Source of the DNA: a virus
Reading direction: 5' to 3' (one strand)
Virus record (IMG/VR): IMGVR_UViG_3300009034_000013
Span: 1-64,000 of that record
DNA: 64,000 nt
Under the pieces are notes generated by a model. It did no database searches and had not been told where the DNA came from. It was given only the letters and a program-made list of their open reading frames with translations. A program made the position numbers and the translations under genes. Shown here one piece after another: positions 32,306 through 41,995 of this stretch (its first letter is position 1; the number at the start of each line of letters is the position of its first letter).

Positions 32306-33019
32306 ATGGGCTGTGTTTATGTATTAGAAAATAAAATAAATAACAAACTTTATATAGGACAGACGACAAGATCATTTGAAAAAAGATTTAGACGATATTT
32401 AGAAGAAATAAAAAATGAAAATTGTAGAATGGTAATTACAAGAGCTTTGAAAAAACATGGAAAAGATAATTTTAAAAAACATATATTTTATTTACCCAAT
32501 AAATTATTGGATTATTTTGAAGTTGAAATGATTAAAAAATTAAATACAATAATTCCTAATGGATATAATGTCTGTAGTGGAGGCAATAAAAACAGAGTTG
32601 TACATGAAGTAACAAAAAGAAAGATGTCAAAAGCAAAGAAAGGAAAAAAATTATCTAAAGAACGTATTTTGGAAATGAAGAAATTATGGAAAGATCCAGA
32701 ATATAAAAAGAAGATGAGTCAAATACATAAAGGACAGAAAGCCTGGAATAAAGGAAGATACACGGCCAGAATTAGTAAAAGATGTTTACAATGTGGAATA
32801 AAATTTGAATCATTGAAAAAAGCAAATAGAAAATTCTGTTCAAGAAAATGTTACGGAAAATATTATATAGGAAATAATAATGTTTCTAAAAGAAAAAAAG
32901 TAAGAGAAAAAATAAGCAATAAACTTTCTGGAATAATACGTACAAAAGAAACAAAGAATAAAATAAGTAAAATATTAAAAAAACGATGGCAAAAAAAGAA
33001 GGAGGAAATATATGGCTAA
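32306..33019 (+). CDS. free-standing GIY-YIG homing endonuclease with NUMOD3 repeats
   Basis: GCVYVLENKINNKLYIGQT, PNGYN, ETKxKxS repeats, CxxC...CSRKC. Confidence 0.9.
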   Translation: MGCVYVLENKINNKLYIGQTTRSFEKRFRRYLEEIKNENCRMVITRALKKHGKDNFKKHIFYLPNKLLDYFEVEMIKKLNTIIPNGYNVCSGGNKNRVVHEVTKRKMSKAKKGKKLSKERILEMKKLWKDPEYKKKMSQIHKGQKAWNKGRYTARISKRCLQCGIKFESLKKANRKFCSRKCYGKYYIGNNNVSKRKKVREKISNKLSGIIRTKETKNKISKILKKRWQKKKEEIYG

Positions 33020-33929
33020 TTATTTTTGGAGGAAACCTCGCATTGGTCAAGATGAAAATCAATGGGGACAATATAACGATGCTCATATTAATGTGGGATT
33101 AGGTATTTGTACTTGTAAGTTATATGATGATGCTGGCACACTAAAAATATCAAAAGGAAAAATAGGAATAGATGATAATACTATTACTGGGGTATCTCTA
33201 ATTGATACAATTACTACTATTTCTATGGCATTAGTTAGTAATGGAAATTGGGCAAAAATAGAAATGAGTGTTAGTGGAACAGCTGTTACTTTTGCAGCCG
33301 CTGATATAGTAGGAGCTACAGATGAAAGTTCTTTACCAGCTGGTTTTACAGGATCTTATGATGGAGATAAAACAGGATATTATATTACAGGTACTAAAAG
33401 ATGTATAGGATTGGCTTGGAAAAATAGCGGAGGTACTTTAGAAGGGGTTGTTAATGTTATTAGTAATTTGGAAGCATATGAAGGGTATAGTTTGAGTGAT
33501 GATGCTAATGATAATTGGTATTATTTTGATATAAATAAAGTAGAAGATGAAGAGAGAGTAAGTATTGATAGAGCAATGTATCTTGATGATGCTGGAGCTA
33601 AAAGTATTGTAAAATTAAAAACAAAAGTAATTGAAATAGGTGATTGGGATATGAATACAGTTCCTCTCGTTGCCGTTGCTCATGGATTACCTGATGCACA
33701 GAAAATCAGATCTATAAGTGTATTCATTAGACCTGATACTGGTACTACACTTTATCCTCTTAATTCTTTTCAAGATGGAGCGGATCCTCTTTTAGTAGCT
33801 GGAGGAGTTGATGGTGTAACTAGTACAAATATAAATCTCAGGAGAAGAAGTGGAGGTAGATTTAACGATGCTGCTTTTGATGCTACTTCTTATAATAGAG
33901 GATGGGTGACAATTGTATATGAAGAATAA
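33012..33929 (+). CDS. tail fibre / receptor-binding protein 1
   Basis: N-terminal ~170 aa paralogous to 33953; C-terminal EIGDWDM...NRGWVTIVY. Confidence 0.65.
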   Translation: MANYFWRKPRIGQDENQWGQYNDAHINVGLGICTCKLYDDAGTLKISKGKIGIDDNTITGVSLIDTITTISMALVSNGNWAKIEMSVSGTAVTFAAADIVGATDESSLPAGFTGSYDGDKTGYYITGTKRCIGLAWKNSGGTLEGVVNVISNLEAYEGYSLSDDANDNWYYFDINKVEDEERVSIDRAMYLDDAGAKSIVKLKTKVIEIGDWDMNTVPLVAVAHGLPDAQKIRSISVFIRPDTGTTLYPLNSFQDGADPLLVAGGVDGVTSTNINLRRRSGGRFNDAAFDATSYNRGWVTIVYEE

Positions 33930-33952
33930 AATAATTTTTAAAGGATTTACAA

Positions 33953-34912
33953 ATGGCTAATTATTTTCAAAGAGAACCAATTGATGGTGGAGATACTGGA
34001 GTATGGGGTATTCCTGAATTAAGACAAAATAGAGCTGGAACAATTGGTCAATTAACAGCTCAAATATATAATGATTCAGGAACATTAAAAGTAAGTAAAG
34101 GTTTAATTGGATTAGATAACGATAGTAATAAAGGTATAATTATAATTGATACTATAACTACTATTAGTATTGCTGGATTAACTGCAAGTAGATGGGCATT
34201 AGTTGAAGTTAGTGTAAGTGGAACTACCCCCTCTTTTACAGTAACTTCTTTAGCAGCTGAAAATGATCCTGGATCAATCCCAACAACTGAATTTACAGAT
34301 GTATATGATCCTGAAAAACAAGGATTTTATTATGTGTCTAATGAAAGAGTTATTGGTCTTGTATGGATCAATTCTGGAGGTGCTTTGGAAGGAGTTGTAA
34401 ATTGTCTTCCTTATGTAGATGGATACCAGGGATACAGTACAACTGATGATGCCTTGGATCAAATATATCAATGGGAGAAAGATGTTGAAAATACGGTTGA
34501 TGGTAATTATGTGGGAAGATTACATTTGATTCCAGAAGATGAGAGACCAGCTTCATATGTGCTTAATAATGGATCGGATACTTCTTGGACTGATGTTGAT
34601 TTTTCAGCTTATGTCCCAAAGGGAGTCCGAGCTTTGTTATTATTTGCTTTATTAAGATTAGATGGAAATGGAGTAGCTGATGGTTATTATTTACAAATAA
34701 GATCAAATGGAAGTACAGAAACTGCTACTGCTAAAATATCTGTAGCAAGAATAGGTTATACTAATTTGGCAGCTGGGGTTGATTTAGATAGTGGTATTAT
34801 GATTACTGTTTTGTGTGATGAAAATGGTATTATAGAATACCAAAATACAGATGCACAAGGAATATCTTTTTTAAATATACAAGGATATTATTTACCGGAA
34901 AATGTGGCGTAA
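33953..34912 (+). CDS. tail fibre / receptor-binding protein 2
   Basis: Paralogous N-terminus; distinct C-terminus WTDVDFSAYVPKG...IQGYY. Confidence 0.65.
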   Translation: MANYFQREPIDGGDTGVWGIPELRQNRAGTIGQLTAQIYNDSGTLKVSKGLIGLDNDSNKGIIIIDTITTISIAGLTASRWALVEVSVSGTTPSFTVTSLAAENDPGSIPTTEFTDVYDPEKQGFYYVSNERVIGLVWINSGGALEGVVNCLPYVDGYQGYSTTDDALDQIYQWEKDVENTVDGNYVGRLHLIPEDERPASYVLNNGSDTSWTDVDFSAYVPKGVRALLLFALLRLDGNGVADGYYLQIRSNGSTETATAKISVARIGYTNLAAGVDLDSGIMITVLCDENGIIEYQNTDAQGISFLNIQGYYLPENVA

Positions 34913-34943
34913 AAATAAATTTAATAAAAGGAGAAAAAAATAT

Positions 34944-35303
34944 ATGTCATTATTAAAAGATTTTGAAGTAATAGAATATTTTTTAAATGATAACAACAAT
35001 ATAACTGAATTACGAATACAGCCAAAAATAAAAAGACCGGATCTTATAAACAATCCAGAACCATTAGAAGAGATGTGTATTCCTGGATGGGTTAAGGATC
35101 AATATGGAAATTATAAATATAAATTAAAAAACAATAAAATTATATTGAATAATCCAATACCATCACAAGATCAATTAGACGATGAAAAAGCAAGAAAAGC
35201 TATGAGATTATGGTATAAAGTAATTAAAGGAATTTATAAAGGAACTATAAATTCATTTGCAGATATAAAGCAAATGATTATAAATATTATTGAAGGAGAT
35301 TAA
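34944..35303 (+). CDS. putative fibre assembly protein
   Basis: AAGGAG RBS before 34944; follows the fibre genes. Confidence 0.45.
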   Translation: MSLLKDFEVIEYFLNDNNNITELRIQPKIKRPDLINNPEPLEEMCIPGWVKDQYGNYKYKLKNNKIILNNPIPSQDQLDDEKARKAMRLWYKVIKGIYKGTINSFADIKQMIINIIEGD

Positions 35304-35304
35304 A

Positions 35305-35550
35305 ATGGCTGTAGGTTATAAACAAAGAGGGAATGTTGTTAATTATTATGAAAATTCGGGAAGTCTAACTTTAAATAAATCTTCAAGAGATTGGATTTCA
35401 TTAATGATTACTAATGATGATGGTACTAATAATCTAACAATAACTGTAAATGGATTAGCTATGATTGTTAAACCAGGAGAAACTATAGATGAAGATTTTG
35501 AAGATTTTAATTCTGTAATTATTTCTGCAAATGGTAATTATAGAATATGA
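35305..35550 (+). CDS. small beta-rich virion protein
   Basis: AAGGAG RBS; ITNDDG...VKPGET. Confidence 0.5.
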   Translation: MAVGYKQRGNVVNYYENSGSLTLNKSSRDWISLMITNDDGTNNLTITVNGLAMIVKPGETIDEDFEDFNSVIISANGNYRI

Positions 35551-35566
35551 TTAAGGGAGTAAAATT

Positions 35567-36094
35567 ATGAGTTTATGGAAATCTAATAAACGAGAAATTG
35601 ATCAAATACTTGAAGAATCTGTTGAAATAGAAACTCATATACATTCATATGAAAGATGGTTTGAAAAAGCTTCTTCACCAAACGGAGAAATTCATGTTGC
35701 GGATGAAGTAGGAAGCGGCGCAGGACCTTTTCAAATTGATGCGGGAAATGATACATGGGGATCATGGGTTCAAATATTAGGATCAAACGATACTCCTGTA
35801 CAGACTGGAAAAGTTGCTTTTGATCTACACAGGATTGAAGTTGAAAATACCGAAAGAAATGAAACATATTTTATACAATTTGGAATAGGGGATAGTGGGG
35901 CAGCTGCTTTAATTAATGACACTTATTCGGATATTGTTTTCACCCCGCTATCCAATCAATTAGATGGTGGTCCAAATGAGCTACAAATGCCTAAGGTTGC
36001 AGCAGGGAATAAAGTGTGGGCACGATGTAAATGTGCAGGACAAGTCACAGCAACAATAGATTTTTATGTAGGATTACATGAATATGATGAATAA
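35567..36094 (+). CDS. putative virion protein
   Basis: TWGSWVQIL...KVWARC...IDFYVGLHEY. Confidence 0.55.
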   Translation: MSLWKSNKREIDQILEESVEIETHIHSYERWFEKASSPNGEIHVADEVGSGAGPFQIDAGNDTWGSWVQILGSNDTPVQTGKVAFDLHRIEVENTERNETYFIQFGIGDSGAAALINDTYSDIVFTPLSNQLDGGPNELQMPKVAAGNKVWARCKCAGQVTATIDFYVGLHEYDE

Positions 36095-36104
36095 GGAATA
36101 AAAA

Positions 36105-36953
36105 GTGAAATATAATCTATTTATTGGTAGGTGGTCACCATTTCATGAAGGACACAAATATATAATTGATTCATTTGTTAATAATAAAAAACCTGTTTGT
36201 ATTGCAATTAGAGAAACTCCATTATCTTTATCAGATCCATTTCCAATAGAATTAAGAGAAAGAAAAATTAAAGAAATATATCAAAAAAACGAACTTGTAA
36301 AAGTTATTAGAATACCAGATATTGATACTGTGTGTGTTGGTAGAGGAGTTGGATATTCTATAATGGAAGTACCACAAAACATAACCAAAATATCAGGTAC
36401 TGAAAAAAGAAAAATGAAATGTGATACCTGGAATAATGGTAAAGGAAAAATATTATGGTTCACCGGATTACCTTGTTCTGGAAAAACCACTATTGCAAAT
36501 CAATTATTATTAGAAATACAGAAAGATAAAGTTTTGTTAGATGGAGATATTTTCCGAAAAGAAGTTACTCCTCATTTAGGATTTTCAAAAGAAGATCGAA
36601 TTGAAAATATAATGACAGCTTTTAATATAGCTAAAATATTATGTAATCATGGATTGATAGTTTTATGTTGTTTTGTTTCTCCTATTGCTTATATTAGAAA
36701 ACAATTTAAAGAACAAATAGGAAATAAATTTAAGGAAATATATGTTAAATGTAGAAAGGAGGTATGTAGTAGTAGAGATGTTAAGGGAATGTGGGCCAAG
36801 GCTATAAGAGGAGAAATAAAAAATTTTACTGGATATAATGATTCTTATGAAATTCCTAATAATCCTGATTTAGTTTTAAATACTGAAAAATATTCCGTTA
36901 ATGAATGTATAAAAAAAGTAAAAAAAAATTTAATGCATAAAGAGGAAGAGTAA
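36105..36953 (+). CDS. cysC: HxGH nucleotidyltransferase - adenylylsulfate kinase fusion
   Basis: GRWSPFHEGH; WFTGLPCSGKTT, LDGD, LGFSKEDR, RDVKG, NFTG. Confidence 0.9.
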   Translation: MKYNLFIGRWSPFHEGHKYIIDSFVNNKKPVCIAIRETPLSLSDPFPIELRERKIKEIYQKNELVKVIRIPDIDTVCVGRGVGYSIMEVPQNITKISGTEKRKMKCDTWNNGKGKILWFTGLPCSGKTTIANQLLLEIQKDKVLLDGDIFRKEVTPHLGFSKEDRIENIMTAFNIAKILCNHGLIVLCCFVSPIAYIRKQFKEQIGNKFKEIYVKCRKEVCSSRDVKGMWAKAIRGEIKNFTGYNDSYEIPNNPDLVLNTEKYSVNECIKKVKKNLMHKEEE

Positions 36954-36954
36954 A

Positions 36955-37293
36955 ATGAATGAAAAACTAATAACTGAAATATTTACAGATATTAAAAGTT
37001 TGATAAAGGAATCTGGGGATATAAAAACAGATATTGGGATAATAAAAACTGAAGGAAAACAGATTCAAGATGAAATAAAAAAAATAAATGGAAAATTACA
37101 TAATTTACCAAAAAATTGTGAAAATGATCCAATATTAAAACAACATTTACAAGAGCATAAAGAGAATAAAAAACAATGCTTACAAGAACTTAAAAAAAAT
37201 GAAGAATTTAAATTTAAAACTTATCACGCAATTATTGTTGGTATAGGATTGATTACATCTATATCAATTGGTATTGTAAATTTTTTTGTATAA
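36955..37293 (+). CDS. holin-like membrane protein
   Basis: Coiled coil plus C-terminal TM; lysis-module position. Confidence 0.45.
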   Translation: MNEKLITEIFTDIKSLIKESGDIKTDIGIIKTEGKQIQDEIKKINGKLHNLPKNCENDPILKQHLQEHKENKKQCLQELKKNEEFKFKTYHAIIVGIGLITSISIGIVNFFV

Positions 37294-37308
37294 ATATAGG
37301 AGGAAAAT

Positions 37309-37518
37309 ATGTTTAATTTTTTTAAAAATTTTGTGAAAAGAATTGGTGATTTGTTAATTAAACTAATCAGTGTCAAAGGATTGGTTTTCTTTATTGCCAC
37401 ATCTTTAATGTTTTTAGAAATTCTTGAAGGATGGATATGGTTCGCAACAGCCATACTAATAGTCAGTACTCGAATGTTTGAAAAACTAATCAGAAGCATA
37501 CTCCCACCAAAGGGTTAA
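37309..37518 (+). CDS. putative holin
   Basis: 69 aa, two TMs, strong RBS. Confidence 0.55.
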   Translation: MFNFFKNFVKRIGDLLIKLISVKGLVFFIATSLMFLEILEGWIWFATAILIVSTRMFEKLIRSILPPKG

Positions 37519-37521
37519 ATA

Positions 37522-37803
37522 ATGAATTGGATTGCTATATTATCTACTCTTTCAGGATGTGTTATTGCCATGATAATTATGTCTTTGTTAGGAAATAAAA
37601 AGAATAATGTCTCAATCACAAAAAAAAGAAAGGAGATTAAAAATGAATTGGAAAAGAAAACTCCTGATGAGCTTATTGATGATCTTGATAATACCAATGA
37701 TGTACGGACAATTATTGACAGAGGAAGAAATAGATTCTCTAATAGAATTAGAAAAGTATTATCAAGGTTTAGAAATAAAGGAATTGATAAACCAAATAAT
37801 TAA
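37522..37803 (+). CDS. N-anchored membrane protein (i-spanin-like)
   Basis: N-terminal TM plus charged helix. Confidence 0.4.
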   Translation: MNWIAILSTLSGCVIAMIIMSLLGNKKNNVSITKKRKEIKNELEKKTPDELIDDLDNTNDVRTIIDRGRNRFSNRIRKVLSRFRNKGIDKPNN

Positions 37804-38008
37804 AATTGTAGATGAAGAGATAATTAAAACAAGTGAGGAAGCTGTAAAAGAAGCAACTATTCCTATTTTAATTGACAATGAAATATTAAAATTGCAATTA
37901 GAAGAAATTACAAATAAATATAATATAAATAAATTGATTGTAATTGGTGGGGTATTGTTAGGAGTGATAGGTGGGTTTTTGATAGGTTATTTTGTAGGTT
38001 CTATATAA
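37643..38008 (+). CDS. overlapping membrane protein (spanin-partner-like)
   Basis: AAGGAG RBS inside the previous gene; signal-like N-terminus; C-terminal TM. Confidence 0.45.
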   Translation: MNWKRKLLMSLLMILIIPMMYGQLLTEEEIDSLIELEKYYQGLEIKELINQIIKIVDEEIIKTSEEAVKEATIPILIDNEILKLQLEEITNKYNINKLIVIGGVLLGVIGGFLIGYFVGSI

Positions 38009-38020
38009 GGAGATTGAGAA

Positions 38021-38875
38021 ATGAATAGAAAAGAATTAAATGAAATTTTAAAATCACATAAAATGTGGTTAAACAATTCTGTAAACGGAAAAAAAGCTGA
38101 TTTATCAAATGCTAATTTATATAAAGCTAATCTAACAGATGTTAATCTATCACATGCTAATTTATTAAAAACTAATTTATCCTATGCAAATCTAATAGAC
38201 ACTAATTTATCAGGGGCTAATTTATCAAATGCTAATTTATATAAAACTGATCTATTAAGAACTAATTTATATATACCTAATTTATATGAAGCTAATTTAA
38301 CAGATGCTAATTTATATAAAGCTAATTTATATAAAGCTAATTTATCAGGGGCTAATTTATATAAAGCTGATCTATCCTATACTAATCTAACAGATGCTAA
38401 TTTATCAAGAGCCAATCTAACAGATGCTAATTTATCAAGAGCCAATCTAACAGATGCTAATTTATCTGGATGTAAAGGATTATTAAATCCAAAAGATTGG
38501 ATGAACAATAATTTTAAAAAAACAGAAAAAGGATATATCGTATATAAAGCAATTGGAGAAACATATTATAAAACCCCTAAATATTGGGAAATAAAAGAAG
38601 ATTCATATATAGAAGAAATATGTAATCAAAATAGAACTAATCCTGACGGATGTGGTATTAATTTTGCAACTAAGGATCGAGTACAAAATGAATTTAAAAA
38701 TAAAAAATATGATTTATGGGAATGTTTATTAGAATGGGAAGATTTAATCAATGTTTGTGTTCCCTATAATACTGATGGGGTAATAAGATGCAGAAGATTA
38801 AAACTTTTAAAAATAATAAATAAAGAAAATGAAATTGTCATGGAAGATAAGGAGAGAAAATGTTACAACAAATAA
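38021..38875 (+). CDS. pentapeptide-repeat protein
   Basis: About 25 A(N/D)Lxx repeats; C-terminal GYIVYK...GCGINF...DGVIRC domain. Confidence 0.9.
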   Translation: MNRKELNEILKSHKMWLNNSVNGKKADLSNANLYKANLTDVNLSHANLLKTNLSYANLIDTNLSGANLSNANLYKTDLLRTNLYIPNLYEANLTDANLYKANLYKANLSGANLYKADLSYTNLTDANLSRANLTDANLSRANLTDANLSGCKGLLNPKDWMNNNFKKTEKGYIVYKAIGETYYKTPKYWEIKEDSYIEEICNQNRTNPDGCGINFATKDRVQNEFKNKKYDLWECLLEWEDLINVCVPYNTDGVIRCRRLKLLKIINKENEIVMEDKERKCYNK

Positions 38876-39510
38876 TTAAAATTATTTTAAAATGGTTAAA
38901 ATTGATAACTAATAATAAAATAAAAATTCTTTATATTGATAAAGAAAAAGCAGCTAGAAAATTATATAGAGTAGCCAAAGAAGTAGTTAAATTAAAACAA
39001 TATAAAAGAGGTTATCCTAATAATCGATGTTATAAAGGAACTAATAAACCTGTCACTTATTGTAATATTTTTGCACGTGATTTTCTTGATAGTAAAATGA
39101 AAAAAATATGGATAATGGGTTACTTGATTTCAGAATATAATTATGATATTAGTTTTTTACGTCCAGATAAAAGTATATCTGATATAATATTAAGTACAAG
39201 TATTGAAATAGCTTATGATAATTTAAAATATAAATATAGTAATGTAAAAGAACATACCAGAGAATCTGCCCAAAAAAGAGCTAATGAAGGAATACCAATT
39301 TTTTGTATTTCTAAAAAACATAGACATGAAGTAATTGTTATATCTGATTTAGATAACGATTATGATGAAACTAAAGGCCCTTTAGTTGCTCAAGCTGGAT
39401 GGTTTAATGGGATCTACTATTCAAGTGACAAAAGATGTTGGGGAGTAGATTACAAAGATCCTGAAATAAAATACTATGAGTTTCCAGTAGTAAAAAGTAA
39501 TTTAGAGTAG
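38860..39510 (+). CDS. putative endolysin (papain-like Cys/His amidase)
   Basis: TYCNIF, AQKRANEG, HEVIV, VAQAG; last gene of the lysis module. Confidence 0.5.
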   Translation: MLQQIIKIILKWLKLITNNKIKILYIDKEKAARKLYRVAKEVVKLKQYKRGYPNNRCYKGTNKPVTYCNIFARDFLDSKMKKIWIMGYLISEYNYDISFLRPDKSISDIILSTSIEIAYDNLKYKYSNVKEHTRESAQKRANEGIPIFCISKKHRHEVIVISDLDNDYDETKGPLVAQAGWFNGIYYSSDKRCWGVDYKDPEIKYYEFPVVKSNLE

Positions 39511-39552
39511 TTTAAAGTAGTTTTTGGACTACTTTTCATTAGATACCTCCTT

Positions 39553-39583
39553 AAAAAAAGGCAACCTGATGAGGGTTGCCTTT
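39553..39583 (-). terminator. intrinsic terminator between convergent late and early units
   Basis: AAAGGCAACC-7-GGTTGCCTTT with a U-tract on the - strand. Confidence 0.8.
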
Positions 39584-39606
39584 GTAAGAAGTATAAGAAG
39601 ATATTA

Positions 39607-39783
39607 TTAAGAAATACTAACAGTATCTCTTTTGTGATATCTTATATTATCTATATTATGTGACATTTTGCTAAAACAAATATCACACAATATAGATGTT
39701 CCATGTCTATTTTCTATTTCAATTAAATCCCGATGTTTTATTTCTTTATTGCAAAAATCACAATAATATTTATTTTCTTTCAT
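39607..39783 (-). CDS. small zinc-finger protein
   Basis: CDFC...CDIC; AGGAG RBS before ATG 39783. Confidence 0.55.
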   Translation of the reverse strand: MKENKYYCDFCNKEIKHRDLIEIENRHGTSILCDICFSKMSHNIDNIRYHKRDTVSIS

Positions 39784-39793
39784 AATTTTTCTC

Positions 39794-40821
39794 CTATACA
39801 ACAATTTCATTCCATTCTTTGTCAGATAAAATAAGAATATCATTTCCAATTTTTTCAACTTCATATTGTTTGTCTTGGTTATCAATTTCATGAGCAAGAG
39901 CAGTAATGGAATTTATCAAACCCCATCGAGTAGATTTTTCACTCATCATGTTGTTAATAACTTTTTTTCCATCTTCTTTTGTTAATGGAAATCTTTTTGT
40001 AACATTTTCAACAGTATCTTGGATCATATTAATAGTTTGATTGGCCGCTTTTTTCATTTTTATAATTTCATTATCAAAGTTGGATTGAGTTATAGTTTTT
40101 TCAAGCAAACATCTTATTCTTTCCTGAAAACTTTTTAGTTCAGCCATTATAGCTTTATTATCATAAATATTGTAATCTTCAAGATCGTTTCCAATCCTTC
40201 TGCCAACATGATATTTTCTTATCACATTTTCACCTATCATTCCATTAGTACAAACTAATCTCCAAACAAGTTGTTTTATATTTATAGATCCACATCCGAC
40301 CTCTGAATTAGAAAATGTAATTCCAAATTGAACAATATCTCCTTTTTGAACTTCTCCTTGTATTTCTGGAAAAACAACTTGAATATACATTTTTTTTCAG
40401 TAATGCTACTTGACTTCACTCTCAAATTCATTTCTTTAATAATCGGTAGAAAAGCATGAAGTAGAAAAATGTTATCAATCGGTTTAAATCTATCAGACAA
40501 AAAAGCTCTTACTTTTCCATCTAATAATCTAACAAGATGCTTTTCTTGATTATTATTAAGCCAGGCATTAACATTTTGCTGTCTTAATCCTGGAACAACA
40601 GATCCCATTCGATTATAATATTCTTTTGGGATTTTTAATTTTTCTGCAACTTGACTGTGAGCTAAGCCATTAAGTTGATAATTAGATTTTCCTTCAATAT
40701 GGAAAAAATCATCTTTAATCATTCTTAACTTGTGATTTGGTACAGTCAGATCTTCTTTATTTCGATCCATCCTGTCAACCTCTTCTGCCAAATCTAACAG
40801 ATTCTTGTAATTTCCTTTCAT
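39794..40821 (-). CDS. DUF932-family protein, frameshifted at an A8 run (40390-40397)
   Basis: N-half VRAFLSDRFKPIDN; C-half NSEVGCGS...RLVCTNGMI...HVG; a -1 shift joins them as TEKKMYIQ. Confidence 0.8.
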
Positions 40822-40847
40822 AATATCCTCCTAAAAATATTTTATAG

Positions 40848-40915
40848 TTTCCTACGAACCTGAAATTAATCAGGTTTTCGGCTGGTTACCATTCAGCTCT
40901 CATTCAGATAGGAAA
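40848..40915 (-). ncRNA. hammerhead ribozyme, type I (variant core)
   Basis: TTTCCTAT-CTGAATGA-GAGCTG..CAGCC-GAA-AACCTGA..TCAGGTT-C-GTAGGAAA; stems I-III all pair. Confidence 0.65.
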
Positions 40916-40939
40916 AATTTATTTTTTTATAATCAATAT

Positions 40940-41158
40940 TTATCTATCAAATTCACATTTTTCAATATGACAAAAATCATCAACTCTGCAACCATAACAT
41001 ATAGTTAAATTGGGACAATATTTTTGAACAATTCCATAAAAATCATTCCCAAATTTATTATATGTTTCATTTAAAATTTTAGTAAACATTCTACTATTTG
41101 GATGATATATTATAGGGCAATTATTACAATCTTCATCACATAATTTTTTTCTGTTCAT
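40940..41158 (-). CDS. Cys-rich small protein
   Basis: CDEDCNNCP...CYGCRVDDFCH; AAGGAG RBS. Confidence 0.6.
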   Translation of the reverse strand: MNRKKLCDEDCNNCPIIYHPNSRMFTKILNETYNKFGNDFYGIVQKYCPNLTICYGCRVDDFCHIEKCEFDR

Positions 41159-41290
41159 TTATTATTCTCCTTTTATTATATTAAAATTTAGCTTTTATAG
41201 TTTGATAAATAGCATAAAAAAATCCAAATATTAAAATTATTGAAAATGAAGTACTAATAAATACATCTAATCCATATAATATTAAATTGA

Positions 41291-41518
41291 TCATAATGTT
41301 CTCCTCTTTATTTTATTATTTTTCCAATTTTTATATGGAGTGTAGTCAGGATCTAAAAAGGTAGGTTTACTTATTTCTTTATTAACAAAATCATGTATAA
41401 ACCATCTTATTTGTTTGCCTTCAAAATTAGAAGGCATATTACGTATTTCACATAGCATTTGATCTGTAAGTTCATGAAATATATCTATAATATAAGTTGA
41501 TCTTTCTTTTAATGTCAT
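41291..41518 (-). CDS. hypothetical protein
   Basis: AGGAG RBS; coupled. Confidence 0.55.
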   Translation of the reverse strand: MTLKERSTYIIDIFHELTDQMLCEIRNMPSNFEGKQIRWFIHDFVNKEISKPTFLDPDYTPYKNWKNNKIKRRTL

Positions 41519-41519
41519 A

Positions 41520-41741
41520 TTATCTCTCCTGTATAATTATTTTATTTTCAATAAGATAATTATAAATTTGTTTGATTTTATTATAAACTTTTATTTTTGT
41601 AACTTTTGCAATAATATGAAAAAAAGTTTTTTCTTGACTAAAACCAATATCTTTTATTTGTTGCATCATAATTTTACCTTTTTTTGAATTTAAATAATGT
41701 TGTACTTTTTGAGCATGATTTTTTAATTCATTATCTTTCAT
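41520..41741 (-). CDS. hypothetical protein
   Basis: AGGAGG RBS. Confidence 0.55.
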   Translation of the reverse strand: MKDNELKNHAQKVQHYLNSKKGKIMMQQIKDIGFSQEKTFFHIIAKVTKIKVYNKIKQIYNYLIENKIIIQER

Positions 41742-41788
41742 CTTCTTACCTCCTAAAAAATAATTTTTACTTTTTTAAATGACTTTTT

Positions 41789-41995
41789 TTAGAACCAATT
41801 GGACCAACCAAATTCATCAAAAATTCGCATAGTAAAATCATTTTCATTAAACTGAAGCGTTATTTTACAATCTATATAATCAGTTACAATTTCAGGCATA
41901 TTTATTATTCCTTTTTTATCTTTTTCTTGTAATATATCAATTTCTTTTTCTGTGAATGCTTTCATTCTTCTTCTTTCTTTTTCTTTAATACTCAT
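41789..41995 (-). CDS. hypothetical protein
   Basis: GAGGGG RBS. Confidence 0.5.
   Translation of the reverse strand: MSIKEKERRRMKAFTEKEIDILQEKDKKGIINMPEIVTDYIDCKITLQFNENDFTMRIFDEFGWSNWF

Noticed and set aside
5483-37697. Numerous short - strand ORFs within the structural region
   Set aside because: Antisense shadows of well-supported + strand genes, with no recognisable motifs.
38095-38470. 15-nt periodic DNA repeats as an ncRNA array or DGR
   Set aside because: Explained by pentapeptide-repeat coding; no reverse transcriptase in the window.
39557-39583. CTGATGAG as a third hammerhead
   Set aside because: No GAAA core or stems II/III; it is the loop of a terminator hairpin.
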